The notes beneath the pieces are model-generated. The model was not told the origin of the DNA. It did no database searches and saw only the letters and a list, made by a program, of their open reading frames with translations. A stretch of DNA of 63,762 nucleotides, the filler included, from Octopus bimaculoides (Eukaryota), in NCBI RefSeq assembly GCF_001194135.2. It is 5 parts of 5 records of this genome, joined end to end, with 100 filler letters (N's around TTAATTAATTAA, not from the genome) between each part and the next. Parts side by side here need not be neighbours in the genome. Positions count along the whole stretch, not along the records: positions 34,006 to 55,795 come from NC_068990.1; positions 55,896 to 63,762 come from NC_068983.1; 3 more parts are not named here. One strand, 5' to 3'. Positions 49,950 to 62,231 of this stretch are shown here, piece by piece (position 1 is the first letter of the stretch; the number at the start of each line of letters is the position of its first letter). Both the position numbers and the translations under genes were made by a program.

Positions 49950-51360
49950 GGTGTGAGAGCATGTGCCATTGCAGCACATTGCTGCAATCACCATTTGTTG
50001 GTATATTCCTGGATCATCCCAGGAAACCCATCAAGCAGAGTCCCAGTCAATCCCCATCTACGCGAGATACTTCCTCATCTGCCATGACCATGTGGCATGT
50101 GATCAATCAGCATGAACCATCAACCCAGCTGGATCCTCAGTGAAGAGAACATGATAAGCAGAGTCTAACTTGAAAAATCGACCAACATAGCCAGATAGTT
50201 TGAGCTGGTACACCATAATCATACAAGTAACAGGATGAGTCTCAGTTTCACAGTAGAGTTATTAGTTGGATACAAAATTTGACCACTGGTAACCCATAAT
50301 CCTGTGAAGCATCCTGGTACTAAAGAAGTTCAGGCACCTCCTAAGAGCCCTGGACAGTGTCCAAGTCTCACAACTACAGAGCAAGACAGGGAAGTTCAGA
50401 GACCTAAAGACCCAAACCTTTGTCCTCCTGCTCAGATATCAGCAACACCAGCATCCTTGTGCAATGAGTCCACAATTGTACCAGCTTGTCCAAGTCTTTT
50501 TAGGACTTCAGACTCACAGCTGATGCTGTTATGAAACTCACTGCTGAGATATGTGAAGCAGTCAACAACTTTGACATTCTCACCCACAACAGAGACAGAC
50601 GAGGTAAAGTCCTCCAAGAAGCCAATGAAAAACTGGATTTTTGCCTTGACCCAAGAGACTAAATCCAAGTGGTTCAGCTTCATCAATTCAGTGAAAGGGG
50701 AGTCATCCTTAAAACATCCAGAGGCTCAGCAAGAATAACTGCATCACAAGCAAAATCTAAGCCTATAATGCTAGTTTCACCAATGAATGCACCACAACTC
50801 AATTAATCCACCATTCAGTCATAAAACAGAGTGGGAGCCAAGACACAACTCTGGTGAACCCCAAGGAAAAAGTCAGATGCTGAGCCCCATATCCAAACTG
50901 TACTGACTGTTTCACTGTACAAGGCCAACATCTACCCAATCAGTTGTGAAGGTACATCTCACAACTCCAGAATTCCCCAAAGCACACTTCCTGCCTACCA
51001 AATCAAACACCTTGTAGAAGTTAACACAGGCCACAAGCAGCCTCTACCAAAAGCTCCTTTTACATTCATTGAGTTTGCAGAGAATCAGGATCCTATCAGT
51101 ACTTGATCTCTTAGGCCTGAACCCTGACTGCTCCAACTGCTGAGACACAAGCAGATGATTTTGCATTCTGTTCAGGATGACCCTGGAAATTACTAGGAAC
51201 TGAGAGGTGTGTAACAGCCCAATAATTGATGTAGTCTTGGCAATCTTTTTTAAGTGGGATAAATATGTTCCTCTTCCAGTCAGGCAGTATGATGCTACTG
51301 CTCCAGATTGAGCAGATGATTTGACACACTCAGGAATTGATATGAAATTATCCTGCATCA
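49950..51360 (-). pseudogene. Decayed RTE/RTEX-like RT
   Basis: PDWKR.I.IPL, EQSGFRPKRSSTDRILIL, V.VVDCFTYL motifs across frameshifts. Confidence 0.75.
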
Positions 51361-51589
51361 CAGGTTTATTTCATGAATCGATTGTAATTCAAATGGGTGT
51401 TTGAGGAAGTGAATGAACAATAATGCCATTACATCTGCTTCATATTCACATATATTACATAACTCTGTATGTAGTATGGAATCAATAACATAAGTAACGC
51501 TCATAACATAGATTTGCCTTCCATTTTCCTCAATTATGTGTGTATGTGTGTGTGTGTGTGTGTGCGTGCATAAGATCACTGTACAAAAG

Positions 51590-52720
51590 ACTGCATAGTG
51601 GAGACCAAGGAAGATACTATGATACAAGGTGCAGATGGAATCAAAATAACTGATGAAAAAGCCAAACTAGAAAATGGAAGAACCACATCCAAACTATCCT
51701 TAATCGCCCAGAACTCATAATCTCTACTGAAATAAAAGAAACGGGTTAGGACTTGGAAATCAACACTAGAGAGATCACAGTGAACGAAGTCATAAAAGCT
51801 ATCCATAAATTAAAAAATGGCAAATCATCAGGATTAGATGGAGTTTGTGCTGAGATGCTTAAAGTAAAGGTCAAAACATTACCAATCATTTTCCAAAATA
51901 TTTGGATCAATGAAGAAATACTGAACAACTGGAAAAAAAGGACTCATTGTGAAATTACCAAAGAAGGGTGATGTATGAAACTGTAATAATTAGAGAAGAA
52001 TCATTCTATTATCAATCACCAGTAAAATATTCACCCATATCATATTACAGCACATCACAGCAGCAGTAAACCAATTACTTTGCCAAGAGCAAGCTGGATT
52101 CAGGAAAGGAAAATCATGTATTGACAATATTTTGGTAATTTGCCAAATACTTGAACAATCCCATGAATGGAACTCATCTTTGTGCATGCTGTTTGTTGAC
52201 TTATCAAGATCAGAATCAAACAAGGATGCATGTTATCACCAATCTTATTTTCATTAGCAGTGAATTGGTTGATGCAAAGAATGACAGAAGAATATAAACA
52301 AGGTATAGAATGGAACACAATTCAACTAGAAGATTTAGATTATGCAGACAACATTTGCTTGTTCTCATGCACACCTGAAGAGTTACAAGACAAATCTGAA
52401 AGACTTAGCCAACACCATAGGTCTCAAAATCAATAAGAAAATGTACACTCTTTGTAAAACTATAACAGATGCTGACCATGTGACTTTGAACAACAAACCA
52501 ATCACAAATGTTGACAAATTCAACTACCTAGGCACGAAAATAACAATGGATGGAGACTGCATTCATGAAATAAATACAAGAATCAGCAAAGCCAACCAAT
52601 CATTTGGTATGTTAAACTCAGTATGAAAATCATCAATACTCAGCAAGAGCACCAAAATACGATTTTACAAAAGCAACATACTTAGCATCCTCCTCTATGC
52701 AAAGGGTTAACAATGGAACA
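51590..52720 (+). pseudogene. Decayed RTE-like RT
   Basis: EITVNEVIKAIHKLKNGKSSGLDGVCAEMLK, LSPILF, DLDYADN, VDKFNYLG. Confidence 0.8.
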
Positions 52721-53309
52721 AGCTATCAAGGATGCTTTCAGTGTTGGAAGGTAGAGTGATCTTGCTGTCACCTCCTGTGACACAAGGCGCAATGAGAACC
52801 GAATGAAATGAATGAATGAATATATATATATATGTATGTATGCATGTACCAAAAGGATGTGTTATAACACTATTCCACATATACAAAAACAGCCATACCA
52901 ACAATCTAACATACCTCCATCATCAGCTGCCTCACAGATATCATTATGGTTTTGACACCTGGGCAGTACCATTCAATCCAGCAGTGTCAACAGCACTAAC
53001 ATAAGTGTTGTTTGGGAGCAAACATACCAAAGAAACCACAACTTTCAAACACATTTACCCTATGTACAACAGTATCTGTTAATAAATTCAATAAGTAAAT
53101 CAATAACCAACTCCTAAATATGTAACCAAACAGCAACCAAACCTTTAAATCATACATTTTATTCCCTACAGTCTTCCATAGTATAATAAAAGTGAAAGCT
53201 TAATAATCACATTCATTCAATCTAATTATAGGCAGAATTAAACATTAACTTTAAAATTAAACTACAAGAAACACACAAATCTATGTACATCTGTATCAGC
53301 ATTATGTAT

Positions 53310-54470
53310 TCATTCAACATACATAGCAGTATGAAGAAAGGCTGTGAGCTTGCTCCAACCCTGTTTGGCATCGTCTTTGCAATCATGCTGAAACATGCAT
53401 TTGGGACACTAACTGATGGTGTTTACCTTCTACAAGATCAGACAGTAAACTATTTAGTCTGTCAAGGCTGAAAGCAAAATCCAGGGTGCGCCAGGTACTT
53501 GTCAGAGAAATGCTGTTCATGGAGGATGCAGCAATGACAGTGCACTCTGAAGAGCAAATGCAGCACTTCGTGGACAAACTTTCAAATGCCTGTCAGGAAT
53601 TCAGTCTGACTATCAATCTGAAGAAGACCAAAGTACTGGGCCAAACACCCCACCACCATCACCATCAACAATTACAAGCTGGAGGTAGTCCATGAATTCA
53701 CCTACCTCAGCTCTACCATCACTGATGGCTTCTCCTTGGACCCTGAGATCAACAGGTGAATCAGACAAGCATCCTCCACATTTGCCAGGCTCACAAGGAG
53801 AGTCTGGAAAAACAAAAAGCTGGAAGCAAATACCAAGACTGCTGTCTATAAGGTGTGCATCCTTAGTACCCTACTTTATGGCAGTGAGACGTTGAGCCTC
53901 TACTCCAGACAGGAGCAATGTCTCAATGTCTTCCACCTTCGTAATTTGAAACACATCTTGGATATCAAGTAGACTGACCACATCATCAACAATGAAGTCC
54001 TCAACTGCGCCAAGATACCCAGCTCCAGCAGTGTTGTTTGTGCTGGCTCAGTCATGTACATAGCATGCCAGACGGAAGGATCCCAAAAGACCTCCTGTAT
54101 GGGGAATTGGCCACCAGCACAAGAACACGAGGATGACCTCATCTTCATTTCAAGGACGTCTGTAAGAGGGATATGAAGATGCTTCATTAGGACGTCCTGA
54201 GAGTGGGGGGTTGCAAACAATCGCCCACACTGGAAACAAATATTGTGAAAGGAGATGAAGCGAATGGAAGAAAAGCAGGAACTTGCCACCAAAGAAATGT
54301 GCACTCAACAGAAGGAAACACCAGTAGTGCCAGCAGAGAGCTCCTTCAACTGCAGTCACTGTATGTGCAACTGCCACTCCCATGTAGGCTTGTATGGCCA
54401 CAAAAGATGCTGACATGATTTCTTTGGGCGCAGATCCATGTTCTCTCAAGACCAACAGATGCCTACTACT
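53310..54470 (+). pseudogene. Decayed RTE-BovB-like LINE 3' half
   Basis: KKGCELAPTLF, REMLF.EDAA, LSTLLYGSET, terminal C..C..SHVGLYGH.R and a short UTR ending gatgcctactact. Confidence 0.75.
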
Positions 54471-54674
54471 ATATATGTAGATAAACATATTTATATATAT
54501 ACATATATATATCACATACATATAAGGGATGTCCATTAAGTGGACATCCCTTTTGCTAGAAGAAGACCATCTACGGTCTGACCACTAAGAAAAGATTGTT
54601 CTCAAGAAAATTCAGCAAACACCAGAACATAAGCGAGCAAGACAAATGAAAAGATACAAAATATAAAGAATTTA

Positions 54675-54731
54675 ATCATAGACCGGTTTCGTTGTTAACT
54701 TACGTAATTGTCTGCAACTCTTTAGTATGAT
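54675..54731 (-). ncRNA. Type I hammerhead ribozyme motif with one core substitution
   Basis: Reverse complement atcata | CTAAAGA | GTTG...CAAC | GAAA | ccg-GUC | tatgat: stem I 6 of 6 bp, palindromic ACCGGT stem III, G5 to A. Confidence 0.7.
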
Positions 54732-54937
54732 CATCCTTTGCAATATAATTTGCAGAGCTATACACGAGACGCCCGCATGAGATTGAACATGTATATAGTT
54801 CTACAAATTACATTTGGGGTTATGTTTCAAAAGTCTTCGTTTTGGCGCACCAAATACCGGAAATAATTCTGCAGAAAATAATTCTCTGCAGTGAATTTTG
54901 CTGGTTAGAGAACATAGTTATTTAAATTTAAATTTAA

Positions 54938-54972
<35 letters not shown>

Positions 54973-55029
54973 TACACACACACATATAAACATGCATACA
55001 TATATACACACACATGCACACATATATGC

Positions 55030-55415
55030 ACAGGAAGACATGGGACAAAGTACTGAAGGATGACCTCTGGATACTGAACCTCTCAGATGAGATGACAAAT
55101 GACCAAGATACCTGGCAACTTGCTGTACTCAAAAAGACCTGTCCTCCAGAGCAGAAGTGTTAAAGCCACTCCCACTGGTGAAGAAGACTAGCCTGCAAGA
55201 GTTGTGTTCCAGTATCACACAGAAAGGATTCATGCTAGTGCCATGTAAAAGAGCTTGTGTGGTGCCATGTTAAAAGCATTCAGCATACATTGTAAAGTGG
55301 TTGGCATTAGAAAGGCATCCAGCTGCAGAAACCAAACCAAATCAGCTGGTCAAACTGTCCAACTCATGCCAGTGTGCAAAAACAGAACCTAAAGGATGAT
55401 GATGATGATGATGAT
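55030..55415 (+). mobile_element. RTE-family 3' end with (GAT)n tail
   Basis: RKTWDKVLKDDL C-terminus; gtggttggcattagaaaggcatccagctg tail as at 44740. Confidence 0.7.
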
Positions 55416-55435
55416 ATATATATATATCTATATAT

Positions 55436-55795
55436 AGCTATACTATAAAAGGCAGATTTTCTCTGTGTGTGTGTGTCTGTATGTTTAAAATTCATACATT
55501 TACACAATTCCAAATTTCTTGGATTAAACAATCGCAATTAATATTCTAAATACAATTTGTTAGGTCACTGCGTCATTTTTTCACTCCAAAAAATTCCTAA
55601 TAGCGAATAAAATCCATAAAACTACAGAAGTAAACATTTTCTCCCTAATAAAATCTAATTTCCTCTTTCTAATACAAATCCTTTCAACTCCTACTTTCTC
55701 TTATGGAACTTTACGAACAATCCAACAACAAATACAAAAAGAAAGGAAGGAGAAACACTGACAGTAAAAGAAAACTATTTCAGTATCAAAACTGA
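55436..55795 (+). mobile_element. Possible non-autonomous Helitron 5' end
   Basis: ctatactataaaaggcag followed by a short (TG)n; no 3' hairpin visible before the scaffold end. Confidence 0.3.
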
Positions 55796-55895
55796 NNNNN
55801 NNNNNNNNNNNNNNNNNNNNNNNNNNNNNNNNNNNNNNNTTAATTAATTAANNNNNNNNNNNNNNNNNNNNNNNNNNNNNNNNNNNNNNNNNNNN
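55796..55895. other. Artificial scaffold spacer
   Basis: 44N-TTAATTAATTAA-44N. Confidence 0.97.
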
Positions 55896-56081
55896 TATAT
55901 ATATATATATATATATATGAATACACACACACACATACAGGCGTATATGTGTGTGTGTATGTGTGTGTGTGTGTATGTGTGTGTGTGTGTGTGTGTGTGT
56001 ATGCCCTAAGAAAATTAACGAATATACTACACACTAGAACTGACACAGAAGCTGATCAGTTTTGAAATAATGGTAACTCAC

Positions 56082-56142
56082 CTCGTATAGGATGTGTGGA
56101 TTCCGACTGTGCTGCGTGCCGCAGAATAACAGAGATCGGTAT
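56082..56142 (-). CDS. Candidate 61-nt exon, unknown gene
   Basis: Minus strand gtgctgtccgttcttcacag acceptor and GAG|GTGAGT donor; GC-richer; open in all three frames. Confidence 0.4.
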
Positions 56143-56709
56143 CTGTGAAGAACGGACAGCACTAATAAGAACGGAAAGTGGGCGTGTCCTTATCAAATAC
56201 TGATTGGACTTGCCACCTTCAACCAATTAACTAAAGTACATTGTTGTAGAAAGTGATGACATTCACAATGACAATATCAGGAAATGAAGTCAGGACAGTG
56301 GAGAACATGTCACTTATAGTGCTGATGGCTGTGAGTAATTGCTTATTTGTGTGTGTGTGTGTCTATGTGTCTGTGTTGCAACCATGCCTGTGTAGTTAGG
56401 AAACATTTTTTTGCAACGACGTGGTTCCGGGTTCGATCCAATTGCGTGACACTTTGGCTAAGTGTCTTTTTACCGTATCTTTGCATCAACTAAAATACAG
56501 TGGGTAATATTACGTTCACACACACACACACACTCACACACATATATATATATATATTTGTGTGTGTGTGTATACACATATAATCAACCCTACGGCGTGT
56601 GTGTGTTATCGTTAATAAAGAAAACAAGTATTTGAATAGATGTAAGAAACCAAACTTTTCCTCCGGCATATTGTGTGTGTGTGTGTGTGTGCAACCATAC
56701 ATACATACA

Positions 56710-56741
<32 letters not shown>

Positions 56742-57179
56742 AGAGACAAGTTGTACGTACGCCGCTATATATATATGTGTATAAATAATACAAAATGGGA
56801 CATGGACGCAACACATCCAGACAGTTAGGTGAGACAAGAAAGGGACAAAACATCCAGACAGACGAGACAAACAAAACACGGACAGGTCATTCGGAGTTTT
56901 CTCTCTTCAGTCGAGATCCAGATTATCCTTGCAATTTTGGCTGGTTATTCTCGATATTGCTCCAGTCTGGCCAGCCCCAAGGAAAAACTAAGCTAAGAGC
57001 ATTAGATTCCTTGGAAGAAAACAGCGAACGTATACAAAAACAAGGACGGGTAAAAAACGAACAATGTTACACAAATTGTTCATACATACATACATACATA
57101 CATACATATGTATATATAATTCCTCCATGAAAAATTTCCTACAGTAAAAGTAACCTATAAAGAAACGACGGACTTATTT

Positions 57180-58210
57180 TCTTTCGGAAGATTAACCCTG
57201 GTCTTCCAACAAAATCAGAAAACATCTACGCTTATTTTTAAGAACATAGGATTTTTAACAACTATACTAAGAAAGTGTAAAATACATCGAGACATCTTTC
57301 AACCATTCATAATCAGGTGTCTGGGGAAGAATATTTTTCTTGGAGATCCAACACTATCACCTAGCGAAACTATATTCAAGGTTGTATTCAACCGATCATT
57401 CCACTACTGAGACAAGGTCTAAGAATGAAACAAGCATTCGAAATAATCAAAATAATCAAAAGCAAAAGACAATCAAAATCCGTCAAAAAACTACTCACCA
57501 GCGGTAAATTACCCTCTGGAAACTCCACACCAAAGTCAACGAGTATGACTGCCCTAATTGCGGAGTTTGCATCAACCACACTGAAGACAAAACATATCAT
57601 GACAAATTTTTACCATAGCAAAATATAAATGAGAGATCGGAATTCTATTTCAAATAGGGTCAACGTTTTACAGTGAAAAACAACTTCACATGTGCTTCGG
57701 AAAACCTAATATCAAGAACAATATATTGGTCAAACTAAAAGCAGTTTACGTCAGAGGATGATAGTACATAGATCCCAGATTAAAATACGAGAATACAGAA
57801 AAATAGGATTAAGCGGGCACATCGATATTTGTGCCACTAATGAACAACCCAACTTCAGAATTTTTCCCCTCTATAAATACAGGGACAATGCAACTTATAG
57901 TCAGCGGATCAGCAAAGAAGCATGCTCTAATGCAAAATATAAACTCTTTTGAATTCCGCCACCACAGATGGAACTACAACAAGAATTTAGAACATCTCCA
58001 ATCACTACTGTTACGACCACAACTAGTCATTTGACCATTAAAGAAAATTCCTCGAGCGATTTACTATAACACAGCACTCCTATATTTTTTCCTTCTCTTT
58101 CTTTTTCTTTTCTTTCTCCTCCTCCCTCTTCTTTCCCTACTCCTACTTCTCTTGTGATTTCATAGTTTGAATTGTAGAATTGTCTAACCAATCGAAATAT
58201 TGCAGCAGCT
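57180..58210 (+). pseudogene. Penelope-like element relic (linker plus GIY-YIG endonuclease)
   Basis: SKRQSKSVKKLL...PKVNEYDCPNCGVC; NFTCASENLI[deletion]EQYIGQTKSSLRQRMIVHRSQI. Confidence 0.8.
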
Positions 58211-58831
58211 AACAGTGAAATATAAAATTCAAAAAAGGCTTTTTCGATTGTTCTTTTATTACCTTAGCGAAGACGGGGGTATTGTTTTCAGTCGTGTTTG
58301 TTTTATTTGTTTGTCAGAAAAGGGAATCTCTGAGGTCTACCCCACCCCTACCCCCTCCGTTTTCCATGGAAAAAATGCATTTCCGACAGCTTACGAGGTC
58401 AACTAAGATGACTGCACAAAAGAAAAAAAAGGAAGAAAAAAAACGCGGGTAAAAATTTATTTATTTCTGAAATGGAGCTGGGTGTGGAACTATAAATTTA
58501 CCTAAACTTCTTCGCATACAGTTGTTATTTTGAAATGCTTGTCTTCTAATATTTGTGAGTCTAACAAATAAATATTCAAACCTATTAAATGTTGGCCTTC
58601 CTAAACATGAAATAATACGATAGTTCCAGCCCTAAATAAATTTAACTTGTACTTTTAAAGATGTTCTTTACGAAATCGTGAAATATTGAATTCCAGATAG
58701 AATAAAGTAAAATGTAGCTACGAATAGAAGGTGCGTAGATTATGAATTTTGATCGAAGAGATGGGGTCTCGAAATAAAAAGTTGCAGGTGACCACTAAAA
58801 GCCATGCAACGGCCCTGGGATAGGAATTGTT

Positions 58832-59030
58832 TGTTTTTAGACTCCACATTCGAATTTACTTCTATTTCCAGGTTTTTGTGTTTTGAAAGTTTCTCCATTT
58901 CTTTTAGAGAAACGCTGTCATCTGTTGGTATTATTGATACATCGATTAGAAAGCATATTCTTCTTGATGATCTCTGACATCTATGTCCGACCTGTTGGCC
59001 TTAATTTCTCTATCTTGATCTTTGACAGCT
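58832..59030 (-). mobile_element. Older fragment of the Dong-like family C RLE region
   Basis: Diverged copy of about 59390-59570. Confidence 0.7.
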
Positions 59031-59127
59031 ATAAGATTTCTGACAACTATATTATCTCTGATAACTATATTATCTCTGACAACTAATATGATCTTTGACA
59101 ACTATATTTATTATTATTATTATTATT

Positions 59128-59718
59128 GTTCAGTAGTTTTATTTTTATAGTGTGCTTTCACTTCACTACCGAGCGCAGCTCTGTGTGCTTTGGGTATGTG
59201 CTGTGGTTTTCTGTGATGCTCTTATGGTTACTGTATTGAAAGTGTTTTGCGTAGGATGTGTGCAGTGCTCAGTAGTGCAATTTTCTGTATGTTATATATA
59301 TTTGTAAGTCCTGGTGTTTTTGTTATGTATTTGTCTGAATATTTTTTTATTATACCTAATGCACCTACTATGATAGGAATTGTTTCTGTTTTTAGATTCC
59401 ACATTCGAGTTACCTCTATTTCCAGGTATTTGTATTTTGAAAGTTTCTCCATTTCTTTTAGGGAAACGTTGTCATCTGCTGGTATTGATACATCAATTAG
59501 AAAGCATTTTTTTCCTTCATGATCTTTGACAACTATATCTCGTCTATTGGCCGTAATTTCTCTATCTGTGACCTTTTCTGGCGTGTGTTTATACCATCTT
59601 TTTTCTGTTGTTATTCCATAGTGTTGGCATAGCTTCCAGTGTATATAGGTCCCAGCTCTGTCGTGTCTGTGAATATATTCCTTCTTAGCCAGGACTGGGC
59701 AGCCAGATATAATATGAT
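59128..59718 (-). mobile_element. R4/Dong-like family C 3' end, flanked by (AAT)n on its own strand
   Basis: HIISGC...HRHD...ANRRDIVVKD...LIDVSIP...EKLSKY...ALLSTAHILRKTLSIQ*; UTR matches 26990-27087. Confidence 0.9.
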
Positions 59719-59751
59719 TTATTATTATTATTATTATCGTCGTCGTCGTCG

Positions 59752-59783
<32 letters not shown>

Positions 59784-60056
59784 GAGTGAGAGAGCAAAGC
59801 ATGCCATCAAAGTGACACTAGGATAAAATATACAAAGCCCATTATACCCATCATGATTACCCATCTGATAAGGGTACACCAGGCACATGCATCACAACCA
59901 TACGTGCGTGATATGATGATCTCATAGCAAGATAAGCAGCACATGACTTCGCAGGTGGGGCCCAGTTAGAATTTTCTTCAAGTCGAGTAGCCCATCCCGC
60001 TCAAAGGGTCCTCGAATAAGGTTTGTTTAAGGATGTTGAGCAAATCACCCAGGTTT
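59784..60056 (-). mobile_element. Element X, 5'-truncated copy between (AAT)n tracts
   Basis: Colinear with about 24225-24491. Confidence 0.8.
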
Positions 60057-60080
60057 ATTATTATTATTATTATTATTATG

Positions 60081-60520
60081 CTTATTAATTGACATGAGTA
60101 TTCCTTGCGATCATAATATAGCGGCGAAAGAATTTGACAAGATCAGTAAATATAAAGACTTGCTAATAGAAATTGAAAAAAATGTAGCATCTAAAGGCGA
60201 CTACCGTACCAGTGATTGTAGGATCTCTTGGAATGATAAAAAGAAAAGGTACTGAAACCTATTTGAAAATGATACCAGGCCTACCCATCCCTACAGGAAG
60301 TGCAAAAAATCGTGTTAACTGGAAGGGCTGATGTACTGAGAAGAGCATTATCGCTGTAAAAACAACATCCATTCATGAATTTATTTATTTATTTATTTTT
60401 TTTAAATGCATATTTTACCTGTGAATTTGCGTGTGTAAACTGGGAATGCATACAATGAGCTTCTCTGCCCTAGGTGTACGGAAAACACTCGGCAAGAAAT
60501 GGGAGAAAATTTGAAGAAGA
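60081..60520 (+). mobile_element. R4/Dong-like family B 3' end with (AAC)(AAT) tail
   Basis: Colinear with 23452-23890. Confidence 0.85.
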
Positions 60521-60568
60521 AAACAACAACAACAACAACAACAATAATAATAATAATAATAATAATGC

Positions 60569-61128
60569 GGATCTTTGGGGTTTGACGGGCAACATTTTTT
60601 TTTGTAGTGTTTTTGGTACCGAAACACTTTCANNNNNNNNNNATAAAATTAGTCCTGTTGTTTGTCAACAACAACTACCCGTGTTACTCTTATTTATGAC
60701 ATCGTTCGTGCGTTTGTACTGGTTTTAGCTTTAGGGTTTTAGGGTTAGGGTTCGGGTTTTAGAGTTAGGGTTAGTTTTAGGATTACGGTTAGGGTTATGA
60801 TTATTTTTGCCATAACCTTAACTCTAACCCTACAACTCATAACCATAACCCTAACCCCAACCCTAACTAGGGAATAATGATATAATTCAACAGGGAATAA
60901 CACACTTGACACCGAACAGCAGTAACTGTATTCAGCTGAATAGACGTCAGTGATTGGTTGAAATTACAGAAATACGACAACTTTAACATGAAATAACTTG
61001 CGATGTACAATTTTTTGTTAAGAAGGTTAAGAGAAGAAGTTGTTTTATATGACACATTCTACCAGTGTCCCAAGTTTGAAAGTGTTTCGTTAAGAAAACA
61101 AATGTTGCCCGTCGAACCCCAAAGATCC
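60569..61128. mobile_element. MITE with 29-bp TIR, 8-bp TSD and palindromic telomere-like core
   Basis: TSD aataatgc (60561-60568, 61129-61136); TIR ggatctttggggtt(t/c)gacgggcaacattt; TTAGGG-like then CCCTAA-like tracts at about 60722-60868. Confidence 0.88.
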
Positions 61129-61136
61129 AATAATGC

Positions 61137-61177
<41 letters not shown>

Positions 61178-61870
61178 TCAAATATAGGCACAAGTCCTGA
61201 TAATTGTGGGTAGGGGACTAGTCAATTACATCAACCCCAGTTTTTCACAACAACAACAACAATTACCATATATGGTATGTTCTGTTAAGTCAGAATGAAT
61301 CAAAATGTTTATAGAAATTGATAATAGGAAATATAGTGAAGGATATATTCAATAAAAGATACATTATCGGATGGACTGAAGAGAAAGACATTGCTGAAAA
61401 GTTATCGATGATTAAGTTAGGGATGAGAAATGTCGACTAATGTCATCAATATATCTCACCGTGTCTTTTACATACATACATACATACGTACATATATACA
61501 TACATACGTACGTACGTACATACATATACATGCAAAATACATACATACATACGTACGTACATACATACATACATATGCACTCACACTTATACACACGCGC
61601 GCTTACATACACACACATACTCGCACATTTACGCACACACTCATACAGACACGCACGCAATTACACACACGTATATACACGCACGCACACACACACAGGA
61701 GCTTACATATATCCACCACACACAATCCCACGCACACATGAATGCACAAACTCACATACACACGCACACAATATATACATACACGCACACACGCACACGA
61801 ACTTCCAACACTTCCTAATGAGCCACAAATTACTTCAGTAACACCACTTGTGCTTTGGGGTAAAATATCG

Positions 61871-62231
61871 GGATCTATTTTAAAACGGGGGCCACAGTTT
61901 TCATTAATGTTTTACGTAGTGTTTTTGGTACCGAAAGACTTTCAAACTTCGTATACTTATCTATTTTGTGTTATAGAACAGAAAAATATTTTTGTATTCG
62001 AATTTATTTCATGTAAAAAATTGTCTTATTTCGATAATTTCAACCAATCACTGACAAGTATTCAGTTGTTTACATTTACTCCTTTGGCTCATTAAGCGTA
62101 TTTAATCTCCATAACTTCTTTCTTCATTTTAAATTTGCTTTTTTCATTTTCTTTTTTTTCTTCGTTTTATTTGCTTTTTTCTTTTTAAATTTGCTGTTTT
62201 ACCCTAACCCTAACCCTACGGTTAGGGTTAG
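61871..62231. mobile_element. Partial relative of the 60569 MITE
   Basis: ggatct start, gtagtgtttttggtaccgaaa, ttcaaccaatcactgac, and a ctaaccctaacc/ggttagggttag palindrome. Confidence 0.6.

Noticed and set aside
56880-56920. CTGAAGA-GAG/CTC motif on the minus strand
   Set aside because: GAAT instead of GAAA, stem III out of register, and no stem I.
60722-60868. True telomere or chromosome-fusion site
   Set aside because: Short, degenerate, and enclosed in a TIR/TSD-bounded element.
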